The position numbers and the translations under genes were made by a program. Of a stretch of DNA of 64,000 nucleotides, positions 18,976 to 27,245 are shown in pieces. Origin of the DNA: Caldilineae bacterium (GTDB lineage Bacteria; Chloroflexota; Anaerolineae; JAAEKA01); the NCBI GenBank assembly GCA_020634555.1, contig JACKBK010000006.1, forward strand, positions 64,373-128,372, given 5' to 3'. The notes under the pieces are model-generated. The model did no database searches. It was given only the letters and a program-made list of their open reading frames with translations, and was not told the origin of the DNA. How positions within the stretch are numbered: the first letter of the stretch is position 1; each line of letters starts with the position of its first letter.

Positions 18976-19980
18976 CTAAGTCCCATACCCCAACCGCGCC
19001 ATGGTCGGTTCGATGAGCGGCTGGATGCGTTCGATCTCGACTCCGTGTTTGCGGCGCCACTTCTGGGCATCAGGCGCGGAGACGATATTGATCTCTGGCA
19101 GTTTGTCAGCGTACCGGCCAAAGTTAGCTGTGAAGTCAACAGCCAGGAACGTTGCAACGTCCTGCAGTGCGCTGCGAGGGTCGGCGATCAGATCCTCGTA
19201 GCGCAGCGTCAGGTAGGGCACGCGACCGGCGGTCTGTTCCCGATGCTCCAGTACAGCCTCGTTGCATCGAATCCACTGCCAGGCGCAGATTTCCTCCAGT
19301 GGGCTTTTGGTCAGGTCCCGCCAGCCAGGAATCAGTGAGAAGGCCCAGCGCGGCCGGCTGTAACCGGGGATGGACAGCGTCGCCGGCACGTCGTAGCCGG
19401 GGAAGGTGTGCGGCTCCAGCCAGCCTTCCATCAGTGAGCTGACGTTGCTGCGCCCATCGCGGGTCAGATAGATGATGCGGGCGTCCGGAAAAAGAGCCAG
19501 GAAGAAAGGCAGGCGCAAGCAGTTCTCCGGTGTCTTCTCGACCAGGCAGATGTCTCCACTGGGCGGCGCGACCCGGTTGCGCAGCGCCACAGCCCGGCGA
19601 ATCGTGTCCAGTCCTGCCTGTGGCAGCGCGCTGCTGACGCTCGATCCGGCCGCGGTGCTCCGGCCGCGGCGGCGGATGCTGCGATAGAACGAGTTGTCCC
19701 GCAGGCCGCTGCGGAACCGATTCACCCGGCGCCAAAACGTGCCCGGCGCGGCCTGCCGTTGGAACTCGTGCAGCATGAAGGCACGGGACTCTGCTGTCAA
19801 GTCGTCAGCGTCCAGCGCGCCCGAGTCCCAGCCTTTGACGGCTGGCGCGTGGTAGCGTTCGATGATGGCCTTGCTCTCGTAGCCGATGGACCAGAGAGCG
19901 GGCGCCTCGGAGAGGATGTTGAACAGGAGTGTAGTGCCCGAGCGCGGGCAGCCGATGACGATGACGGGTGAACGGATCAT
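18976..19980 (-). CDS. Sulfotransferase (P-loop type)
   Basis: A 5'-PSB motif VIVIGCPRSGTTLLFNIL and a 3'-PB motif IIYLTRDGRSNVSSLMEGW. It is the only minus-strand gene within the glycan locus. Confidence 0.75.
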   Translation of the reverse strand: MIRSPVIVIGCPRSGTTLLFNILSEAPALWSIGYESKAIIERYHAPAVKGWDSGALDADDLTAESRAFMLHEFQRQAAPGTFWRRVNRFRSGLRDNSFYRSIRRRGRSTAAGSSVSSALPQAGLDTIRRAVALRNRVAPPSGDICLVEKTPENCLRLPFFLALFPDARIIYLTRDGRSNVSSLMEGWLEPHTFPGYDVPATLSIPGYSRPRWAFSLIPGWRDLTKSPLEEICAWQWIRCNEAVLEHREQTAGRVPYLTLRYEDLIADPRSALQDVATFLAVDFTANFGRYADKLPEINIVSAPDAQKWRRKHGVEIERIQPLIEPTMARLGYGT

Positions 19981-20022
19981 GTGTGGATACTACCAGACGC
20001 TGCGCGCAAGCGTCAAGAACGG

Positions 20023-20338
20023 CGGCGCGACGTTCAACTTTTTCGGCAAAGTTGAACGTCTGGATGTGCGATACCCTAAAAGATCGACTTTGCGGAAAAA
20101 GTCGAACTTTCCACGGACCTGCCATGAAACTTCTTTGTTTGACACCGCGCTTGCCCTTCCCGCCTGACCGGAGGGACCAGCGGCGCGACGTTCAACTTTT
20201 TCGGCAAAGTTGAACGTCTGGATGTGCGATACCCTAAAAGTTCGACTTTGCGGAAAAAGTCGATCTTTCCACGGACCTGCCATGAAACTTCTTTGTTTGA
20301 CACCGCGCTTGCCCTTCCCGCCTGACCGGGGCGACCGG
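20023..20338 (+). repeat. 158-bp tandem duplication (2 units) carrying two hairpin-family repeats plus the start codon and first 16 codons of the downstream GT4 gene
   Basis: 20023-20171 and 20181-20329 differ at only 2 of 149 positions. ATGAAACTTCTTTGTTTGACACCGCGC... occurs at both 20124 and 20282. Hairpins lie at 20029-20060, 20078-20110, 20187-20218 and 20236-20268. Confidence 0.9.
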
Positions 20339-21514
20339 CTGCGCGCGTTCAATATCATCCGGCGGCTAGGCAGCGAGCATGAGTTGCACCTGCTGTCTTT
20401 CATCGCGTCGGACGAGGAGCGACGGCACGCGGACGCGCTGGCGCCGTATTGCCGGTCGGTGCAAATGGTGCCGCTCGGTCCGCGGCGTTCTGCTGCCACG
20501 GTCGCGCTGAACGCGTGGCGACGGCTGCCTTTGCAGGCGTTGTACTACCGCTCGGCAGCTATGCAGCGTCTGGTGGATAATACACTGCACCACCAGCGAT
20601 TCGACGCGGCCTACATCCATCTGTTTCGCATGGCGCCATACCTCAGCCAGCAGAATGGCCTGTACCGGATCGTCGATCTGACGGACGTGATCTCCAGCGA
20701 GTTGGCGCGGTCGATGGCTTTCCGAGGCGCGGCATCCAGGCTGGTCTACCAAGTCGAGCGGCCGCGCATCGCTCGCTATGAACGTGAGGTGGCACAACGC
20801 TACGAAGAGGTCTGGCTGGTTAGCGAGCACGACCGGCAGCTACTGGCAGCCCAGTGCCCCGGAGCCAACATCCGTGTCGTGTCCAACGGCGTCGATTTCG
20901 AGGCCTTTTATCCCACCGGCCAGTTGGCTGAGCCGAACAGCCTGCTTTTCACCGGCCACATGCGCGTCTTTCACAACATCGACGCGGCGACTTTTCTGGC
21001 GCAGGAGATCCTGCCACTGGTACGCCAGGAGTTGCCTGATTGTACCCTAACGTTAGCCGGTGCTGATCCTGGTCCTGAGGTGCGTGCGCTGGCGAGTGAG
21101 CCGGGGGTCACGGTGGCCGGCTTCGTGCCTGACCTGAACGCGGCGTTGAACCATGCGGCTGTCTTCGTGGCGCCGCTGCGCTTTGCCGCTGGCGTGCAGA
21201 ACAAGGTACTGGAGGCCATGGCCGCGGGCCGGCCGGTGGTGACCACCAGCATTGTCAACCAGGGGCTGGCCGCGCAGCCGGGCCGCGATTTGCTCATCGC
21301 CGACGACGCGGCGACAATGGCAAGCCAGATAATCGGCCTGTTGCAGAATGCCGAGGAGCGCGAGCGCACCGGCGCAGCGGGGCGAGAGTTCGCCATCCGG
21401 CGCTTTTCCTGGGACGTCGTGGGCGAACGCCTGCGAGAGATCGCACAGACAGTGCATCCTGGACTCCCGCCTGCGCGGAGTGACGAAGAACTAGAACGGA
21501 GACTATCCCGTTGA
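20282..21514 (+). CDS. Glycosyltransferase family 4
   Basis: The track ORF (20210, TTG) reads through the repeat. I prefer ATG 20282, giving MKLLCLTPRLPFPPDRGDRLRAFNIIRRL. The C-terminal ...APLRFAAGVQNKVLEAMAAGRPVVTTSIVNQGL... is typical GT-B. Confidence 0.8.
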   Translation: MKLLCLTPRLPFPPDRGDRLRAFNIIRRLGSEHELHLLSFIASDEERRHADALAPYCRSVQMVPLGPRRSAATVALNAWRRLPLQALYYRSAAMQRLVDNTLHHQRFDAAYIHLFRMAPYLSQQNGLYRIVDLTDVISSELARSMAFRGAASRLVYQVERPRIARYEREVAQRYEEVWLVSEHDRQLLAAQCPGANIRVVSNGVDFEAFYPTGQLAEPNSLLFTGHMRVFHNIDAATFLAQEILPLVRQELPDCTLTLAGADPGPEVRALASEPGVTVAGFVPDLNAALNHAAVFVAPLRFAAGVQNKVLEAMAAGRPVVTTSIVNQGLAAQPGRDLLIADDAATMASQIIGLLQNAEERERTGAAGREFAIRRFSWDVVGERLREIAQTVHPGLPPARSDEELERRLSR

Positions 21515-22530
21515 CCATTCGTTTCGGACTGATTGGCTGTGGCAGAGTGGCGCCCCGACACGCGCAGTCGATCCAACAGATCCATGAAGCATCACTGGTG
21601 GCGGTAGCCGACATCAAGCCCAGCCGGGCTGACCACTTCAGCCGCGAATACAGCGCAGCCGCGCACTACGACCACCGTGACCTGCTGGAGCGCCAGGACA
21701 TCGACGCGGTGAGCGTCTGTGTCCCCAGCGGCCTGCACGCACAGGTTGTCCTCGACGCCCTGGAGGCAGGCAAACACGTGCTGGTCGAAAAGCCCATTGC
21801 ACTCATCTTGGCGGACGCTGACCGCATGATCGCCGCCGCTCAGGAACGCGGACTGACGTTGGGCGTGGTGCTGCAGAATCGCTACAACTCACCCATGCAG
21901 ATGCTGCGACTCGCCATCGACGAGGGACTGCTGGGGAGGCTGTATCTCGGCAACGCATGCGTGCGCTGGTATCGTCCCCAGTCATACTACGAGGATGACT
22001 GGCACGGCACCTGGGCCATGGACGGCGGGGCGCTGATGAACCAAAGCATCCACCATATCGACGCCCTGCAGTGGTTCATGGGACCGGTGCAGACAGTCTC
22101 GGCCTACTCGGCCACACTGGCGCATCAGATGGAGGCGGAGGATGTGGGCGTCGCGGTGCTGCGTTTTGCCAGCGGCGCGCTGGCGACGGTCGAAGGTTCG
22201 ACGTTGACGTGGCCGCAAAACCTGGAAGGATCGGTGTCGATCTTCGGCGAGCACGGATCGGTGAAGGTCGGCGGCACGGCGCTGAACCGCGTCACGCTCT
22301 GGAAGGTACGCGGACAACTGGAGCAGGAGTCGGAGATACTGACCAGCCAGCGGGTCGATCCACCATCGGTTTACGGCTACAGCCATCGCGAGGTGATTCG
22401 TGACTTCGCCGCGGCACTGTTGGAAGGTCGTTCTCCGGGGACTCCTGGCCCCGAGGCGCGCAAGTCGCTGGCTTTGGTGCTGGCTATCTACCAGTCGGCG
22501 AGCGAGGGACGAGAGGTGAAGTTGGGCTGA
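21511..22530 (+). CDS. Gfo/Idh/MocA-family NAD-dependent sugar oxidoreductase (WbpB-like)
   Basis: MTIRFGLIGCGRVAPRHAQ..., ...HVLVEKPIAL... and ...GGALMNQSIHHIDAL... The TTG start overlaps the upstream stop (TTGA). Confidence 0.85.
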   Translation: MTIRFGLIGCGRVAPRHAQSIQQIHEASLVAVADIKPSRADHFSREYSAAAHYDHRDLLERQDIDAVSVCVPSGLHAQVVLDALEAGKHVLVEKPIALILADADRMIAAAQERGLTLGVVLQNRYNSPMQMLRLAIDEGLLGRLYLGNACVRWYRPQSYYEDDWHGTWAMDGGALMNQSIHHIDALQWFMGPVQTVSAYSATLAHQMEAEDVGVAVLRFASGALATVEGSTLTWPQNLEGSVSIFGEHGSVKVGGTALNRVTLWKVRGQLEQESEILTSQRVDPPSVYGYSHREVIRDFAAALLEGRSPGTPGPEARKSLALVLAIYQSASEGREVKLG

Positions 22531-22569
22531 CGGCTCACGGCTTGGCATTCGCCAACCGCCTTCCCGCTG

Positions 22570-22578
22570 TGCTATAAT
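22570..22578 (+). promoter_or_regulatory. Extended -10 promoter element TGCTATAAT
   Basis: TGC + TATAAT (22573-22578) sits in the 144-nt gap upstream of the ligase/TPR gene. I see no good -35. Confidence 0.4.
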
Positions 22579-22674
22579 CCTGCGACTCCCCGGGAGCCCG
22601 CTAATGGTTTACGAACACCACCCCACCGCTCAACAGATCGACGCCGACCTGTCGGATAATCTTGCTAACAATTC

Positions 22675-25600
22675 ATGACAACAAAACTAACTCGCTTCTG
22701 CGAGGCAATCATCGAAGCCGGATGGCTGGCGGCGCTGATCTACGTGCCGCTTTTCTTCAACGTTCATTCCAGCCGGGTGTTCGAGCCGGATAAGATCAGC
22801 GTGTTGCGGTCCATCGCTCTGGTGATGGCTGTTGCCTGGCTGATCAAGGTGCTCAACGACGGTCTTGGCCGCGGTGGCGACGACGAAGGCGAGCGAGTCT
22901 CTCTGTGGCAGAGAATCGTCAGGACGCCGCTGGTGCTGCCGACGCTATTGCTGGTGCTGGCTTACCTGATCAGCACGGTCTTCTCTATCAACCCGCGCAT
23001 CAGCTTCTTTGGCTCCTACCAGCGACTGCAGGGCACGTATTCGACGCTGTCGTACATCGTGATCTTCTTTCTGGTGCTGGGACACCTGCGCCGGCCGGCG
23101 CAATGGCGGCGCATGGCCTATGTCATCATCCTGGTCAGCGTGCCGATTGCGATCTACGGCTTGTTGCAGCGCGCCGACCTGGATCCGCTGCCATGGGGCG
23201 GCGACGTACAGCGACGTATCGCCGGCAACATGGGGAATGCGATCTTTGTGGCCGCGTACCTGATCATGGCTTTTTACCTGACGCTGGAGCGGCTGTTGGA
23301 GCATCTGGGCAGGCTCGTAGGTGGGGATGACAACCGGCAATCGATCATGGATGCTGTCTTGGCCGGCTTCTACCTGTTCATCATTGCAGTACAGAGCCTG
23401 GCGATTCTCTTTACCCAAAGCCGCGGCCCGCTGCTGGGCTGGCTGGCCGGGATTTTTGTGTTTATCCTACTCTTCCTGCTCGGACTGCGCGGACGAGCCG
23501 GTGAAGAGGAAAACAAGGGCGGATTTGTACGGCTTTTGGAGCGCTGGCTCTGGCTGCCATGGATCGGTTTCGCGTTGGCCGGCCTTGTGTTCCTGGTGGT
23601 GTTCAACATTCCGGGATCGCCGCTGGCTCCCCTGCGGACCAACCCCATCATTGGCCGCCTGGGCACCGCGTTGGATCTGGAGAGCCAGACCGCGCGCGTG
23701 CGCACGCTGATCTGGGAAGGCGCTTCGGAACTAATTGGCCCACACGACCCGCTGCAATATCCGGTCACGGGTGGCGAAGGGGACGTCACAGCGATGACAC
23801 CGGACCGGCTAAACGCGATCCGCCCGCTGATCGGCTACGGCCCCGAGTCGATGTGGATGGCGTTCAACCCCTTCTACCCGCCCGATCTGGCACACTACGA
23901 GTCGCGCAACGCGTCTCCTGACCGCTCACACAACGAGACCTTCGACTCGCTGGTGATCACCGGCATCCTTGGATTCATCGCCTATATGGCGCTCTTCCTT
24001 AGCATCTTCTTCTTTAGCCTGTCGTGGTTGGGCCTGATGCGCAGCCGCGGGCAGAAGATCCTCTTCTCTGTTCTGGCGATAGGCGGCGCGTTGTTAGGGT
24101 CGCTGCTGGCCTATGCCGCGATGGGCAACTGGGTGCTGTTCGGCATCGCTCTGCCAGCCGGGATGAGTCTGGGAATTCTGGCCTACATCTTGGTAGCAGC
24201 CATCTGGAACGAGGTCGGCCAGCATCCCATGCGTCTCGGCCAACGCGAGCTGATCGTCATGACCGTCCTGTCGACGATCATCGCCCACTTCATCGAGATC
24301 CACTTCGGCATCGCCATCGCGTCGACGCGCACCTACTTCTGGATCTGGAGCGCGGTGCTGGTGGTAGTGGGGATGGGCTGGCTCAAGTTGGGCGAACCCG
24401 CCGAGCAGCCAGCGCCACAGCCGGAACCTGTGGCTGCAACGGGCCGCCGCAAAAAGGGTCGGGGGCGCCGTCGTGTGCCGGCACCGTCCGGCACGACATC
24501 CACACCTGGCCAGTGGGACGAGGTGATCATCTACGCCGTGACGCTGGGCATTATGCTCTTCATCATTGCGTTCAACTACATCATCAACCCCAACGTCCTG
24601 GACCTGCGCAGCACCAACCCGATTGTCGTCTTCATTCAGTCGTTCACCACTCGGGTAGACACCAAGCTGGGCGAGCGGTTTGTCAGCCTCGGCCTGTTCT
24701 GGATGGTGACGTTCGTGGTGCTGGTGGGCACGGTAGTCGCGCTGCTGGATATCGCCCGCAGCCGGGCTACCGCAGTGACAGGGCGATGGCTGGGCAAGGC
24801 TGCGCTGATCTCGCTGGCGATCTCGCTGGGCATGTTCCTTGGTCTTGGCTTGCTGCACGCGGCGACAATTGCCCGCGACGCGGCCCGCCAGCAGCCCGGC
24901 CGCTCGATCACATTGGAGCAACTGGCCAGCATGTCGGCCAGCCATGTCACCGAGCTGTACATCATCAGCTTGCTGCTCATATTTCTGCTGGCGTTCACAG
25001 TCTGGCGCACACAGCGCGGAACGAATAGCTGGCTGGGCGCAGGCGGCTGGCTGGCGCCCGCGGGCGGTGCAGTGCTGGCAGTGGTCGGCCTGCTGATCAT
25101 CTTCAACCTCAACGCCAGCCTGGTACGAGCCGACATTGTCTATAAACAAGGGCAGGCCTACGACAACGCAGGACGTTATACCGAAGCGATCCAGCTCTAC
25201 CAGATGGCGCTCGACGAGGAGCCAAAAGAAGACTACTACTGGTTGTTCCTTGGGCGCGCTCAACTGGAGCAGGCGCGTGCCGCCTCAGGTGCCCAGCAAG
25301 CTAGTTTCCTGGCCAACGCGGAAGAGTCGCTGCTGCGCGCGCAGGAGTTGAACCCGCTGAACACCGACCACTCGGCTAATCTGGGCCGGCTTTACCTGGC
25401 CAAATCGCAGATGACCACCGGGGAGGGGCGAGCCGAAGCCGTTCAGAAGGCACTGGACTACTACTCCGTCGCCACACGGCTGAGCCCCAACGCAGCCCAT
25501 CTGCACAACGAGTACGGCACTGCGTATCAGGTGGCCGGTCAAATCGACAAGGCGTTGGAGCAGTTCGACATCTCGTTGGCGCTGGACCAGGAATACCCGG

Positions 25601-25962
25601 ACACCTATCGACGGCTGGGTGATTTCTACCAGCGCACTAACCAGAACGACAAGGCTATCGAAGCCTACGAGGCTGGTGTGAAGATCGCGCCGCGCGATGT
25701 GACTTTCCACAGCAATCTTGGTTTCTTGTACGCCGAAGCCGGCGACAGAGAAAAGGCGATCCAGGAAAATCTGACGGTGGTGGACAGGCGTCCCAACGAC
25801 CTGGCGTCGCTCCGCAACCTGGCCATCCTCTACAGCGAGGTCGATGACTTCGACAACGCGCTGGTGTTCGCTCAACGAGCGCTGGAACTGGTCACAAAGG
25901 ACGAGGACCGGGCAGCCTTGCAGACATTGATCGACCAGCTTCAGGCGCAGCGCGGCGGCTAG
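22675..25962 (+). CDS. O-antigen polymerase/ligase-like (Wzy_C-type) polytopic membrane protein fused to C-terminal TPR repeats
   Basis: 1095 aa with more than 12 TM helices. ...LFTQSRGPLLGWLAGIFVF... resembles the O-antigen ligase domain core. A basic loop (RRKKGRGRRR) is present. The C-terminal ~280 aa carry repeated TPR-like units (...YDNAGRYTEAIQLYQMALDEEP..., ...AYQVAGQIDKALEQFDISLALD..., ...DKAIEAYEAGVKIAP...). Confidence 0.7.
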   Translation: MTTKLTRFCEAIIEAGWLAALIYVPLFFNVHSSRVFEPDKISVLRSIALVMAVAWLIKVLNDGLGRGGDDEGERVSLWQRIVRTPLVLPTLLLVLAYLISTVFSINPRISFFGSYQRLQGTYSTLSYIVIFFLVLGHLRRPAQWRRMAYVIILVSVPIAIYGLLQRADLDPLPWGGDVQRRIAGNMGNAIFVAAYLIMAFYLTLERLLEHLGRLVGGDDNRQSIMDAVLAGFYLFIIAVQSLAILFTQSRGPLLGWLAGIFVFILLFLLGLRGRAGEEENKGGFVRLLERWLWLPWIGFALAGLVFLVVFNIPGSPLAPLRTNPIIGRLGTALDLESQTARVRTLIWEGASELIGPHDPLQYPVTGGEGDVTAMTPDRLNAIRPLIGYGPESMWMAFNPFYPPDLAHYESRNASPDRSHNETFDSLVITGILGFIAYMALFLSIFFFSLSWLGLMRSRGQKILFSVLAIGGALLGSLLAYAAMGNWVLFGIALPAGMSLGILAYILVAAIWNEVGQHPMRLGQRELIVMTVLSTIIAHFIEIHFGIAIASTRTYFWIWSAVLVVVGMGWLKLGEPAEQPAPQPEPVAATGRRKKGRGRRRVPAPSGTTSTPGQWDEVIIYAVTLGIMLFIIAFNYIINPNVLDLRSTNPIVVFIQSFTTRVDTKLGERFVSLGLFWMVTFVVLVGTVVALLDIARSRATAVTGRWLGKAALISLAISLGMFLGLGLLHAATIARDAARQQPGRSITLEQLASMSASHVTELYIISLLLIFLLAFTVWRTQRGTNSWLGAGGWLAPAGGAVLAVVGLLIIFNLNASLVRADIVYKQGQAYDNAGRYTEAIQLYQMALDEEPKEDYYWLFLGRAQLEQARAASGAQQASFLANAEESLLRAQELNPLNTDHSANLGRLYLAKSQMTTGEGRAEAVQKALDYYSVATRLSPNAAHLHNEYGTAYQVAGQIDKALEQFDISLALDQEYPDTYRRLGDFYQRTNQNDKAIEAYEAGVKIAPRDVTFHSNLGFLYAEAGDREKAIQENLTVVDRRPNDLASLRNLAILYSEVDDFDNALVFAQRALELVTKDEDRAALQTLIDQLQAQRGG

Positions 25963-25983
25963 GCGGAACCAGAGCAACGCTTC

Positions 25984-26997
25984 ATGCTTCACGCAGCAGG
26001 TATCTACATTCTGGTTGCCATCACAGCGTTGGTTGCTGTGGTGCTGGCGACGCCGGTGGTTCGACGCGTTGCCTGGCGCTTTGGGTTCATCGACCAGCCC
26101 AGCTTCCGCAAGGTACACAGCACGCCAATGCCGCGGCTGGGTGGGCTGGCGATCTACGCCGGGTTTATTGTGGCGCTGCTGGTGTTGGGCGCACGGTTTC
26201 GCTTCAACGAGGCGGTCGGCATCCTGGTCGGCGCGACGCTGGTGTCGGTAGTCGGCGGGATCGACGACCGCAACCCCGTTGCCCCATTGCCCAAGCTGTT
26301 GGCACAAGCAGTGGCGGCCGGTATACTGATCATCAGCGGCGTTCAGGTGGAGGTGTTCGACCAGCAGTGGCTGAATGTGGTTGTCACTGTGATCTGGGTT
26401 GTCGGCATCACCAACGCGCTCAACTTCCTGGACAACATGGATGGCCTGTCGGCCGGCGTGGCCGCGGTGGCGGCCGCGTTTTTCCTGCTGTTGGCCGCGC
26501 TCAACGACCAGTATCTGGTGGGCGCGCTGTCGGCGGCGCTGTTGGGGGCATGCATCGGCTTCCTGGTGTACAATTTCAACCCGGCCAGCATCTTCATGGG
26601 TGACAGCGGCTCGCTGTTCATTGGTTTTGTGCTGGCGGCGCTGGGCATCAAGCTGCGCTTCCCGGCTAACACGGATATCGTGACCTGGATGGGGCCGGTG
26701 CTGGTGCTGGGGCTGCCGATTCTCGACACGACGTTGGTAACTATCTCGCGGCTGCGGCGGGGCAAAAACCCGCTGACCACGGCCGGCAAGGATCATATTT
26801 CCCACCGACTCGCACGCCTGACCGGCTCGAAGCGCGAGGCCGTCTTGTTGTGTTATCTGATTGGCTGCGGCTTTGGCATGACGGCAATCTTTGTCACCAC
26901 GGCGTCGATCGTCGAAGGCTATCTTGTCGGGGTTGTCATGGCTGTGAGCGGCCTGGCAATGATCTGGTGGTTGGAAGCACGGGTAGGATACGAGTAG
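25984..26997 (+). CDS. Polyprenyl-phosphate N-acetylhexosamine-1-phosphate transferase (MraY/WecA family, initiating transferase)
   Basis: ...[17 protein letters not shown]..., ...GGIDDRNPV..., ...[17 protein letters not shown]... and ...[18 protein letters not shown] are the conserved glycosyltransferase family 4 (MraY-like) motifs. Confidence 0.9.
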   Translation: MLHAAGIYILVAITALVAVVLATPVVRRVAWRFGFIDQPSFRKVHSTPMPRLGGLAIYAGFIVALLVLGARFRFNEAVGILVGATLVSVVGGIDDRNPVAPLPKLLAQAVAAGILIISGVQVEVFDQQWLNVVVTVIWVVGITNALNFLDNMDGLSAGVAAVAAAFFLLLAALNDQYLVGALSAALLGACIGFLVYNFNPASIFMGDSGSLFIGFVLAALGIKLRFPANTDIVTWMGPVLVLGLPILDTTLVTISRLRRGKNPLTTAGKDHISHRLARLTGSKREAVLLCYLIGCGFGMTAIFVTTASIVEGYLVGVVMAVSGLAMIWWLEARVGYE

Positions 26998-27214
26998 GCG
27001 TGTCGCCGTCACTCCCGCGAAGGCGGGAGTCCAGAACGTTGTCGAGGCGAGTGATCGATTGCGCGTGTGGACGCATGGATGCCCGCCTTCGCGGGCATGA
27101 CGAAGTAGGCGTGTCGCCGTCACTCCCGCGAAGGCGGGAGTCCAGAACGTTGTCCAGACGAGTGATCGATTGCGCGTGTGGACGTATGGATGCCCGCCTT
27201 CGCGGGCATGACGA
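26994..27214. repeat. Two tandem 111-bp units of a MITE-like element built from CCCGC-GAAG-GCGGG hairpins
   Basis: Units start at 26994 and 27105. Each has gtcactcccgcgaaggcgggagtccag at the left end and tggatgcccgccttcgcgggcatgac at the right end, so the ends are imperfect inverted repeats of each other. The repeat starts inside the stop codon of the upstream gene. Confidence 0.85.
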
Positions 27215-27245
27215 GAAGACGAAGTGTGACGACTGACGAGGTTCA

